Origin: Salisapilia sapeloensis CBS 127946
Lineage: Eukaryota > Protista > Oomycota
Direction of reading: 5' to 3'
Assembly: GCA_023334545.1 (NCBI GenBank)
Contig: JAADVB010000067.1
Location: 1-64,000, forward strand
DNA length: 64,000 nucleotides
In this document: positions 1 to 10,747 of the stretch, piece after piece
Layout: every line of letters starts with the position of its first letter
Numbering within the stretch: position 1 is the first letter of the stretch
Made by a program: the position numbers and the translations under genes
The notes under the pieces: model-generated
What the model was told of the DNA's origin: nothing
Seen by the model: only the letters and a program-made list of their open reading frames with translations
The model's database searches: none

Positions 1-1616
1 CAACAACTTTCTGGCAACTTTAATTTGCGAGGTTTCCATCCAATTTCGAGCGCATGTTTCTCTACAACTATCCTACGCTGTCCGACACCAGCTTAAGAGC
101 AACAAATTAAATGTAGAATAAGTCTAAACCGTGCTTCAGATGAAATATATCGATTTGGTGCACTACATTTTTCCTTTTCAAATTCTCAGACTATATGCTG
201 TGTATTACGCACAGACTAAATACGAAGTAGCTCAAACATCCATTAGTCTAAGTGAGACTAATTGTAGTTAATTCACTAAGGTACGGCACACAGAGTTTAG
301 TTTGGGTGAGACTTAACGCAGTGCTTAGCTACTGCGACGAATACACTTAAGTAAACAAGTCTAACAGAGTGTGATGCAACAAAATAAGCTAGCAGTTATC
401 TGTTCATATATGTATTGCTTGGTACACACAGAGTACTTTGTTCGACGAACTATTTACGGAAATTGATGTCTACTGTTTGACATCGAGTGTTCGGTCTTAT
501 AGTCTTAGTATCGGGTCAATAGTATGGATAAGCAAACAAAATTTTCACAAATTGAAAGGACACGAACTATATTTAGCGTCAAACTGAATCGATACATTAT
601 GATTAAGCGATTGATGGTACTAAAAGCGAATGCAAAGGTCTGGTTGACTGCTGCAAATCTAGACGAAATTATTTCCGATACAAAGCAGCGTAAGAAATCT
701 CTAGAAGGAAGTTAAGTAGGGCTACCTACTGGCATCATAGCGTTTTTCAACGTATTTGCATATTTCCCGTGATCAGCCCACTGTTTAATAGGCCCATCGT
801 CGGCAGAGTATCTTTCTTAAAGAGTATCCTCATATACACAACCCGAAGAATACGGACATTTAAGCTCTATACGCAGTCGCATGACATCACGAGTCAATCA
901 GTGGTGTGTCTACAAAACCTATCGGATGAACATACAGCAATGTCCATTATGTGAGACTGTGAGTCGGCGCGACATTTTATTTAAAACTGCATTTAGCAAC
1001 GCAATGTATAATAAGCATACCTATGGGCATGGCACTTGGCTATTGAATAGATTTACCGTAGAAATAAGACCGAGTACCAATTGAACTACGCTTGTGAACT
1101 TGCCAGAGTGAGATTTGACGTGCATCAACGCTACATCATCTTTGGTTTACTCTTCCTAATGATAATGTAAACCTACAAACGCTTGCTCTGCTTCATTTAA
1201 CCTGGTTTATCTGCTTTAACTACGCACTAGCTGGACCATAGTATCCTGAGGTTGTACTAACCAACACTCGCTCACTTAGTTTGGATGGCTGGGAACTCCA
1301 TTCGTAGGTTCATATGCGCTGACCTTTAGATACTGTTCCACCACCCATTCTGAGTTAAATTTGCTTCCATATTGAATATGTTCTGGGTTGAGCCTTTGCG
1401 ATGTATCGACTACACCTGCCTGATTCTTGAGATGCCCAATCCTATCTAAGAAATCTGAGTTTCGTCCACAGAAAGTCGACGCTGAGTCATAGTGAAACCT
1501 TGCTTGGATACACTTCAGGGATTCTGGGATATGTAAATCAATCGACTCAAGTCGGACATGCCTACAGAGCTCATTTTCGAAAACACCACAATATACTCAA
1601 GCGCAACAACTTCATC

Positions 1617-3107
1617 ATGGCACTTTACGTCATTGTCACCGAATGCCGCAATCTAATCGACACTCAGGTTGTTGGTATTCAGGATCCCTTCTGCTCTATC
1701 CAAGTTGGACGAATTATGAAGAAAACTGATGTGCACAACGATGGAGGTACGATCTAGAACAAAATTTAAGTTCCACTACATTGATTAATAGTGCTGTCAT
1801 GCTAATAGGTCGTACTCCGAAGTGGAATGCGAGACTTGGCTTTCAAGTAGCAAACGTGGATAGTGAAGCGCTGACAGTAAAAGTTGAGAACTACAATCGC
1901 GGGGCCACGTACGTTCTGGGCTACAAGTTACCTCTCGATTATCATGACCACTCATAGCGCCTCCAGTAGTAATTTGATCGGCCGATGCAAGATCTCTCTT
2001 GCTCATTTTAAAAATGGGACTATCATCGACCGGTGGTATCCACTATTTGGGGCAGGAAAAGCTCGTGCCGGTGACATTCGACTGCGAGTCAAGTACCAAA
2101 AGACTCAATCTGCGAGTGCATCAAACCAAAAGCCTGTACGTGCTGCTCAGCAACAGCGAAGTCCTTCGAAGCAGTCTACCGTATCATCACGTGGTCAATC
2201 TGCCACCCCGCAAAAGCGAAGTGTCCAGAACCATAAGAGTGCCCCAGCAAGACAACCAACTCCCAACAAGCGTAGTGGTACTTCCCAGAGCCAGTCTAAA
2301 CCACGGGCTCAACAATCGACTTCTTCAAAACGCGTCGAAGCGAAGGCTCGTCCAAAACGTTCGAACAATGCAAGCTCTGGTAAGCATCCAGAACGATCTG
2401 GATCTCAATCAAATCCTACAAGTCGTACTAAGGGATTAAATGCTTCCCCTTCACAATCGTCTGCTAGTCAACTTTCTGAGAGTCACCAGGTGAGCAATCA
2501 GAGCAGTGTCTATAGGACTCACGAGACCTCTCATATGAGCACAACGAAAGTCGTCGCTGCAACAGCGGTGGGAGCAGCAACTGGTGTTGCTGGGTATGCA
2601 ATTTATGAGGCTCTCGACGATGAAGAAGATGAGGAAGAGGATGGAGGTGAGGATGAGGATGAGGAAAAAGAAGAAGAGGATGAAGAGGATGGCGAGGACG
2701 AAGATGATGACGACGATAATGAAGAAGAGGAAGATGATGAAGATGAAGATGCAGATGAAGGTGAGGAGGAGGAGGAGGGTGGAGAGGACAGTGGGGTTGA
2801 AGTCTCCGAAGATGAAGGAGATCTAGATGATGGAGTAAGTGATTTAGAGCAAGAACCAAGTGACGGGGAGGAACCAAGCGACGAGGAAGGAGTTCAAAGC
2901 GACGAAAACCAAGACGATAGCGATGGTAATGATGGGAACGAAAGTCAAGATGAAGAAGAGGATGAAGAGGATGACGATGATGGTGGAGATGGAGAGGATA
3001 ATGAAGACGAGGAGGAGGAGGAGGAAGATGAAGAGGATGATGATGATGAAGATGAGGAGGAGGAAGACGACGAGGAGGAGGAAGATGAAGACGAGGATGA
3101 AGATTAG
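1617..3107 (+). CDS. C2-domain protein with basic S/Q/K-rich linker and long D/E tail (3 exons; introns ~1747-1808 and ~1909-1957)
   Basis: Manual splicing gives MALYVIVTECRNLIDTQVVGIQDPFCSIQVG...HNDGG|RTPKWN...TVKVENYN...LIGRCKISL...DRWYPL...GDIRLRV, a typical C2 pattern. Both introns are GT-AG and join the frames of ORFs 1500 and 1884. INR-like GCTCATTTT at 1569-1577. Confidence 0.85.
2616..3104 (+). repeat. Low-complexity GAR/GAY coding tract (163 codons, mostly Asp/Glu)
   Basis: Directly visible gag/gaa/gat/gac runs encoding DDEEDEEEDGG...EDEDED. Confidence 0.95.
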
Positions 3108-3301
3108 TAGATAGTAAAGTCGCTTAGGTATGGATAAATAGGCCTTGATAAGCTAATGCCACAATTTTTAATTTTCGATTTCTCAAAGTCTTGCTTATGC
3201 GTTCTTACAAGAGAAACAAGTTCATCTAACTTTTCGATATCATTTTGACTTTTGACAAGACATTCTCATGGAATGATTTTCATTTCAAGATATAGTCGTG
3301 T

Positions 3302-4832
3302 CACTCTAACACTCCATGCACCTCACATGTTATTTATCTCTTTCTCACTTTGAGAGAGCTGCCACTTCGTACCTTTTCCAAACAAAATCGCATTAGCTAG
3401 ATTGGCTATGTCCCATATGCAACTCTATCAAAGAAACAAGGTGGAGTTGGCTATCCTGATGTTGATGTCCAGCTAAAGTTATTTGCCACACTAACTGTCA
3501 GGAAATGGGCAGAGTCGGAATCCTATGTGAACACCTTAATAGATGATTTTCTGTTAAGAAAACCTAGGTCTGCTCGCAGAGTTCTGCCGCGTATTATTCC
3601 CGTAAGAGGAGACAACCGGCCAAACCGCTGAATGAAAATGATACATGAAGCTATGGCTCAAAATTCCCAGGTGCTATGCGCTCCTAAGAATACAGACCAG
3701 CAGAAACCGCACTGATCTGTCATCTAGTATCTTTCTGCTCCCACTATTGTTGGTTCTACCCAAACTTTCCTACGGCGGTTCATTGAATCGCCAAACTCGA
3801 ATCGCCAGATCTCTAAAATGTATATATTAGACTTCCAAAAACGAATTATCGATAAATAGAATACGAAGAGGGCTTTGCGGAGCAGTTCTCGGAACGGTAG
3901 CAATAAGAAAATCTTATTAGCTTCTTGGCATAATGTGAAGGGGGATGGATGGAAGAGAAAAATATATGTATTAAGTTTGTGGTATATTGTGTGACTCCTA
4001 CCTACAAGCAGTGAATTCTAATATCCAACATCTGAAAGGAGGTGTACCTACCACACAAGACAAGCAGTGCTGAAAGAGAGTGAGAACGCTATCTAGGGCG
4101 GCTGTCTCTCTTCCAGGAGGACCGTCCAGATACTTTTAAGCAGGTAGAGCCGAGCTCTCCGACGATCAGGAAATAGACTGTACTGGGTTTGTAAGTGATA
4201 TGGAAGAGGAGCATGACTACCGTCTAAAGACTTTTCGTATTGGGCAATATATTTATTGGTTATTTCCGACCTTCTCTATTTGCATTAATCCATCGTAGTC
4301 GTCTCGGACTTTTCGGCTATCTTTCTAGCTTAATGTTACATTCGCTCTTACTTTCAAGCCATGAACAAAACTGCTCATTCTCCGATTCCCCACAGCGCGC
4401 AACCGACAACCAGCAACCCGCGCTCAACGTGCAAGACCTCCGGAGAGGTCAGATCTTCCTCGAGGTTACTTCCTCGCCAAAGTGTGCCGGTCAACCGGAC
4501 GGAGCTCGAAGTATGGCTGAAATGTCTTGCATATAACAAAACTGGCAAGGCAATCTGAAGGAGTCGACATACGAAGGCAGCTAACAATTGACGTTTCGAC
4601 GACCGAAATGAACAGAAGAAGATGCACGGAGCGAAGATATGCGAGCGCTAAGGTGGGATGGTTGGAGATATACATATCAAAAGAGGACGACGTGGGTATT
4701 GTGAGGGATTCATGTGAGCGAAAACCTATGCGGCACATGTGCTGCAGATATGCGTACCCAACCACATCCATATATTGTTGGGCACACACGGGATACCAAT
4801 ACGGATGCCAGTGCTCTTTCGTTTTGGCTTAG
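3302..4832 (+). mobile_element. Decayed non-LTR retrotransposon (L1/Tx1-like ORF2, post-RT region to zinc knuckle)
   Basis: Frame 3386-3460 reads NRIS*IGYVPYATLSKKQGGVGYPD and continues VDVQLKLFATLTVRKWA, resembling the LINE motif RxxW...LPKxxGGLGLPD...TVxxW. About 1.3 kb (~430 codons) downstream is C(ERKP)MRHMCCRYA, a degenerate CCHC knuckle at the expected spacing. Many stops and frameshifts. Boundaries are approximate. Confidence 0.5.
4373..4388 (+). promoter_or_regulatory. Perfect oomycete INR+FPR match without an adjacent CDS
   Basis: GCTCATTCTCCGATTC matches GCTCATTYBNNNWTTY at every position. Confidence 0.4.
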
Positions 4833-5208
4833 AATAGCCGGTAGTCGGTAAATTTAAGCGGAAATGACAATACCTACATTCGAGGCGTCGAATGACACCT
4901 TTGTACTCGACTGCAGAAGGTGCCTTTCCACTTTTGAAAGACTTACCGCGTTGCAAAACCTTCAACGTGGGCCACTAAGCATTGCATGACTAAAGCTCAC
5001 ACCTCTAACTGGAAACGGACTCTTTATGGATGTCACTGAGAACGAACTAAGGTCATCGAGCTTTTCATCAACTGCAGATTGATCCTACTAAATGCGTATG
5101 CCATTTATGGTCTTAAGTGCGTTTTCACATTATGTCTTTCACTTCACGCTTTGTCGGAGGTTTGCTCATATACTCACATTTTGTCGATTCCAGCGAGAAA
5201 GAAGCGAT

Positions 5209-7071
5209 ATGACATGCCATCTTTCGCCGCTAACAACAGCCATAGCAGTAGTACAAAGTCAAACTGTTTTCCAAGGTCATGACACAAGCGACATTGCAGG
5301 ATGCATATCCGACTTTATTGATTTGACACGGACCAAATCGTTCTTTTCGGCTATAGAGGTGGGGTCATTGCGTCTGATGAGACGCTGGAGGACTGTGCAC
5401 ATGGCACCTATTCGATTTAAAGACTGGTGTCAAGCGCTGAGCACAGTGAGCTCCACTGGAAATCTGGATCTGGTAGAGTGGGTGCGTCAGTTGTTGCCAG
5501 ATCAATGCGTCCCGAAGGATGCGTGGCTGGAGGCTGCTCGTGGAGGACACTTGGTATGTGTGCAATACTACTATACGAAACGACCGGAAGCCTTCTCCTT
5601 CGATGCTCTTGATAGTGCTGCTTCAAGTGGCAACCTAGAGCTTTTTTGGTGGATGATGCAAGAAGGCATTGGAAGAGGTGTTATACGGAATGCTGCAGCA
5701 CTTGCCAGTGCAGGTGGACGTTTAGAAGTAGTAAAATGGTTGTACGAGAATCATTTCGAAGGAAGGACTGGATATGCAGTTAATGCAGCCGTAAGTCATG
5801 GCCAACTACATGTCTTGGACTGGTTTCTCGAGCACACAAACGTGGGTTTCCATTCTTTCTCGCTTTATGCTGCTGCTAGCAAAGGCTATCTGGATATCGT
5901 CATCACACTCTACAAGAACCTTGACCGCTTGTACAGCTACCCAACGCATTTGGATTCGAGAGTTGCAGTTGCAGCGTCAACAGAAGGTCACTTGTCTGTA
6001 CTTCAGTGGCTTTTTATGCATCGAGACGTACATAAATGGCCAAAGCAATGCTACTATAATGCCGCAAATCGTGGAGATATGGTGCTCATCGACTGGTTTG
6101 GGAGACACATGAATCGTTCGGATGAAGACAACCAACAAATCGCTTATGGCAGTGCCTATGGTGGTCACTTCTACATTTTAAAATGGATTTTAGAATGTCA
6201 CCCGGACCTTGCCTACATCCCGAACTTTGGCACAGGCATTTTAGACTCTGCTGCATCCGAACACCGGATTGATATCATGCATTGGGCGGTTAATGAGCTG
6301 AATGCGCAGCCGACAGAAAGCATTTTGTTGAAAATTGTCGATACAGGAACCTTGACGACGTTACAGTACTTCTTAGATCACTTTGATGTCCCCGTCACGA
6401 CACAAGCAGTGTATCGAGCCATTAGTACTGGTAATTTAGACAAAGTAAAGCTACTCGCAGCGTACACAACGACTGCATTCACACCCAAAGCCATGAATAT
6501 TGCGGCAGCCAATGGATTCCTCACTATTATCAAGTATCTGCACGAAAACCGTCGAGAGGGGTGTACGACCGACGCCATGGACGTAGCGTCACAAGCTGGT
6601 TATTTGCCTGTGGTCCAATTTTTGCATGAGAATCGAAGTGAAGGATGTACTACATTTGCAATGGACTGGGCGAGTAAGAAGGGTGACCTCAATGTAGTTC
6701 GGTACTTGCATGCAAATCGATCGGAAGGATGCACTACCAATGCGATCGACAAGGCGGCCGCCAATGGACACTTTGCCGTCGTCCAATGGCTTCATCATAA
6801 CCGCTCGGAAGGCTGCACTGTGGACGCTATGAACTCAGCAGCAAAGTCTGGGTTCCTGGATATCGTCAAGTTTCTCCACTACAACCGCTCGGAAGGTTGC
6901 ACTACACAAGCCATGGATGATGCTGGGGAAAACGGCCATTTGCATGTGGTCGAGTGGCTCCATGAACATCGTCATGAAGGTTTCTCAGCCGCCCAGCCGT
7001 CAGCAGAAATGCAGGAGGTCTTTCCGACTGTCGCACAATGGTTTGAGCAGCATCAGCGCGCGCAAGCGTAA
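5209..7071 (+). CDS. Ankyrin-repeat protein (oomycete type, C-terminal GCTTxAMD repeats)
   Basis: Single ORF (open from 5092; ATG 5209 preferred because of an INR/FPR-like ACATTTTGTCGATTC just upstream). Repeated AAxxGHLxVVxWL units throughout. Confidence 0.9.
   Translation: MTCHLSPLTTAIAVVQSQTVFQGHDTSDIAGCISDFIDLTRTKSFFSAIEVGSLRLMRRWRTVHMAPIRFKDWCQALSTVSSTGNLDLVEWVRQLLPDQCVPKDAWLEAARGGHLVCVQYYYTKRPEAFSFDALDSAASSGNLELFWWMMQEGIGRGVIRNAAALASAGGRLEVVKWLYENHFEGRTGYAVNAAVSHGQLHVLDWFLEHTNVGFHSFSLYAAASKGYLDIVITLYKNLDRLYSYPTHLDSRVAVAASTEGHLSVLQWLFMHRDVHKWPKQCYYNAANRGDMVLIDWFGRHMNRSDEDNQQIAYGSAYGGHFYILKWILECHPDLAYIPNFGTGILDSAASEHRIDIMHWAVNELNAQPTESILLKIVDTGTLTTLQYFLDHFDVPVTTQAVYRAISTGNLDKVKLLAAYTTTAFTPKAMNIAAANGFLTIIKYLHENRREGCTTDAMDVASQAGYLPVVQFLHENRSEGCTTFAMDWASKKGDLNVVRYLHANRSEGCTTNAIDKAAANGHFAVVQWLHHNRSEGCTVDAMNSAAKSGFLDIVKFLHYNRSEGCTTQAMDDAGENGHLHVVEWLHEHRHEGFSAAQPSAEMQEVFPTVAQWFEQHQRAQA
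6475..6978 (+). repeat. Six tandem 84-bp (28-aa) ankyrin-like coding repeats
   Basis: Units such as GCTTDAMDVASQAGYLPVVQFLHENRSE and GCTTFAMDWASKKGDLNVVRYLHANRSE. Confidence 0.9.
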
Positions 7072-7238
7072 TAAGTGTTCATAAAGTCACTCGTTCGATT
7101 GTCCTTGCTATCCTTCTTCATCAATAGACTAGCAAACATCAACATGTTCCACCAAAAGTAAAGATGACAAAACGCATTTATACACAAAGCCCAAGCGAGA
7201 TCAACTTTTCCACAAGTCGAGCATCACAAGACGATACT

Positions 7239-8784
7239 CTATTGCTCCATAAATCTCTCCAAGTCCTCTTGCACGAGCGTACTTTTGATCACATGCTCCA
7301 TCGATGCTTCCTTTTTACCATGTGCGCTAAGTATCAAGTCTGTCACTTCCCCCACGCGCTTTCGTTTGTTCGGACCGAACAAACCGTCGACGTGTGGTTG
7401 AGCCACCATGTCGACCTTGATTCTCGTAGATGGCGATCCGACAACCCCTTCGTCCTCTAGAATCACAGCTGCTTGATTCATCATCGTTAGGCCGTCCATG
7501 TGAGCATTAGACGACTCGGTTGGACGGACTTCCGCCGCGAAAATAAACACGACTCGCTTCGCCTCTACGTAGCAACGAATGGCTCGTCTCCCGACTGCGT
7601 GAATGCTCCCAGCTTTTTCGTCAGCACGCAGGGCGAACTTTTGACAATAGTAGTCTCCATCGCTTTCCCATTTATTCGAAAAGGAATGAACGGTTGGATG
7701 GCAATCGGATAGCTATCATTTGCACAGGATCAATCGAGCATCCAACTAGAAAAAGTATGATGATCATGTACCTCGACGCAATAGCAGTGCTGTAGGAATC
7801 CAATGTCCATGCACAACTTCCAAAACACCTTGGTCGTCACGTCCAAATTGAATGGAACGACGTTGGACATGTTCATCTGTAAGCGCACGTTATCTTTTGC
7901 ATGAGGGAGGACTCGGACACGTTTCTGAGGACCTGATCCGACAATGCCAGACGCATTCACACGATCGGTGATGCTGTCGATGTTCTCGTATGTTTCATTC
8001 AGAACCGTGAAGAGTCTTTCGAAGGCGGTAGAGTCTTTACTGGCATCGAGTTCATTTGCGATGATACCATTCTTGTTATCTGCTTGATTGCTACCATCGA
8101 AGGACAAAGGTGGCAGCTATTGTACGGAGACAAAAAGGATCAGTCGGCATGCATACAAGTAAACCTAGAGAAAACATACCTTTGAACCATGGCCGTTCGG
8201 TTGATACAGTCCGTTGAGAAGGCTGGTAGCAGTGCTCACTTGCTTTTGGAGCATATCACGCAGTCTTCTGTTCTCCCTTTCGGCCTCAGCCCGTAGATTG
8301 TACTCTTTTATATGACCGCCGTGGACCATAGGATGGAGGCTTGTGTTGATGGTCTTGAGCTCATTTAATTGAGTTTCTAGTTCCTTTGCCTTGTCTCTCA
8401 AGTACAGCAGTTCCTGACGCTGTCGACGGACTCGTTTCGGCTTCTTGGGTGGTTCTTGCTCATGGGAATGTGCTGGAGATGATTGCTCAAGCGACTAGTA
8501 AAAGAAGGATGAGTTAGAGGAAGCAATCGTCGGTGAATGAAACAGTATTTGAGTTTGAAATGCTCTGCGGCATAATTTGACTCGGCAGTTCAAGTAGAGG
8601 CACTTACCCTTTTAGCAGAAGCATTTACGCAGCTATTTCCATCGAGGTTGGAAGGTGATTCGCATTGTGAATCTGTGAGGGGCTCCACGCATACATCATC
8701 ACCGGGTAGTTGGTCTGTGTCGCTCTTGTCAAGAAGCGACAGTAGCTCATGAGAAAGTAGTAATGGATTTCCTTCTTGTGCCAT
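7239..8784 (-). CDS. M96 mating-specific-like protein (bZIP-like coiled coil + START-like C-terminal domain), 4 exons
   Basis: Exons 8784-8608, 8494-8180, 8116-7772 and 7712-7239 join in phase 0 through GT-AG introns. Motifs KPKRVRRQRQELLYLRDKAKELETQLNEL, AERENRRLRDMLQKQ and RAIRCYVEAKRVVFIF fit the oomycete M96 family pattern. Confidence 0.8.
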
Positions 8785-9925
8785 GATGCTTTGTCGAGAA
8801 GAAAGAGAAGTGGGACTCGTAAGAGCTACTTGCGCTTCGCGACTTGGTCTCTGTACTGTGTCGCCAGAATGTTGCTAGATGACCATCGCTTTTGTCGTCA
8901 TGACGACTTTGCGTGGTACACTCGCCAGTTGATCGATGCACGCTATACCTTGACAAACGAATAGCTCATGCTTTCATTCGATACTTGGACAGCTACCAAA
9001 CATTTCGATGGTGAGCAGCAGTGGCAAGGCCGTCGAAAATCCTCGATGTACCTCATGCAAAGACCTACTTGTCATACTACATATTGTCTATAACGTCGTG
9101 AATACTTCAAGTACCGGAGCCATTCTGTCCTATAAACAGTAAGCTTCCGTCTTCGTATAGCACCTTGTTCAGTTCCCTGTACTCTATATAATCCGAGCAT
9201 GCGTCCAGTGGTCATCTACTAATTCACTCGATCCACGTGCCGAGGGCTTACATGCAAAATAAAGGTCTAGGTTACCCATAATCGGTTTGCGGTATACCAA
9301 CGTGTACCAGCGCCAAGGAGATCAACTAGTTAGCGTCTAGAAAAGGCCAAAGATAAGCTTTTCATCCTCAGAGATTTCCATTATCTCACACCCTCATTTA
9401 CAAAGTTCCTCGTAGCAACTTGTGCTTATCTGGGTCTCGGTGAATATGCTGCTATGAATATGCTGCTTGGCGACGGAAGAAGAATGTATAAGAGCCTCCA
9501 ATTGTAAAGCTTACAGACGTTATCAAATTCTTCATTCTCTCCATACCCGTCAGTGATAACTTGTAAAAGTCAATTGGTCACTTATCCGACGATCACTGCA
9601 CATTTTACGTGGCTCCGTGGTAAAATACCCTACTAGACATTACTATCCTAATTACCACAAAGATACTATACTTTGATCTAAATGAAGCTTATCAAGCCGA
9701 CCAAGGTATGCACGACGAATTGTAATCTTTTCACGTATCAACAAAAGTACTTGCCTCCTATTCAAGTGTTTATATTGTTATTCAATCGAAATTGACGGCA
9801 AGGAAGAACAATTGTTTCCTCTGGACATTTGCCGCTGCGGTCGCATGAAGAAGTAATTACGACGCATTCGTCCACGATACCACTTCACAATTTACATACC
9901 ATCTTCAAAAGTCTCCGCGAGTGCT

Positions 9926-10747
9926 TTAATGTGCAAGTCTGTCTTTTGAATTCGGTCCCTGTGAACCTGGTGTCGGTAGTGGCAGTGACTGAGCAGGTGG
10001 CGGCTGACCACGATAGCTGTACATGGGGTAGTATGGCTGGGCCGGCCGGACAGGACCTCCAGATGAAGGATGCTGAACGTATCCAGCGTATGCCGACGGC
10101 ATTCTACTTCCGTACAGCATCGGTGGCCCACGTGGAGGTGCCGTGGAGGTGCTGATCCCCATTTGTCGTAGACCAGGCATTGGCGGACGAGCACCCGATG
10201 AGATCGGATAATTCTCATACGAAGGATTTTGCGTGGGGGGAGGCACCGCTCTAGAAGTAGGCATGGCAGTGGATGCCGCTGCGGCCGCAGCTGCGGTCAC
10301 GCGTGCAAATTCCTCACTACCTTGATGGACGGGCGGGAGGCCAGGTACATGCCGATTCGTCAGGATGTGCACAAGGTTCTCTAAGTAGCTGTTCTTGCGT
10401 TGGAGCTCAGTCGTCAGGGACTCGAGGTCTTTGACTTTTTGGTTCATTCGAGCTCTCGATAACGCGGCCGCTTTTCGATTTTTGAGCTTCCGAAGTTCTT
10501 CCTTTGACATGGTCTCACCCTGTTGTGTGATGGTCTCTTCAAGCTGTTCCAAATTTGACTTCTTGTCATCCTGCTTCTCGCTTCTTGTCGGACTTGTGTC
10601 GTGTCGAGAATGCTTGAGCGTAGTAGGTGAACCTTCCGGAGACGCTGGTGATGCTCTCTTTCTGGACTCGCTCGACGCGATCTGTGGGTGAGAATCGTCT
10701 TCTTCATGGGAGGAAGGGGATGACTCTGTCTTGGATGGAGTCGACAT
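9926..10747 (-). CDS. bZIP transcription factor with Pro/Gln-rich C-terminus
   Basis: EELRKLKNRKAAALSRARMNQKVKDLESLTTELQRKNSYLENLV shows N-x7-R plus leucine heptads. INR+FPR-like CCATTCTCCAATCTGG at 10791-10776. Confidence 0.9.
   Translation of the reverse strand: MSTPSKTESSPSSHEEDDSHPQIASSESRKRASPASPEGSPTTLKHSRHDTSPTRSEKQDDKKSNLEQLEETITQQGETMSKEELRKLKNRKAAALSRARMNQKVKDLESLTTELQRKNSYLENLVHILTNRHVPGLPPVHQGSEEFARVTAAAAAAASTAMPTSRAVPPPTQNPSYENYPISSGARPPMPGLRQMGISTSTAPPRGPPMLYGSRMPSAYAGYVQHPSSGGPVRPAQPYYPMYSYRGQPPPAQSLPLPTPGSQGPNSKDRLAH

Noticed and set aside
100-460. Recurrent AGTCTAA / CACACAGAGT words, considered as a degenerate tandem repeat or CRISPR-like array
   Set aside because: Spacing is irregular, the flanks do not align and the matches are too short. 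The context is eukaryotic with no cas genes.
2464-3114. His/Leu/Pro-rich and Met/Arg/Lys-rich ORFs over the acidic tract
   Set aside because: Alternative frames of the GAR/GAY low-complexity sequence.
9090-9170. Minus-strand LLFIGQNGSGT* resembling a Walker A loop
   Set aside because: It lacks the invariant Lys, is followed by a stop and has no flanking NTPase motifs; probably chance.
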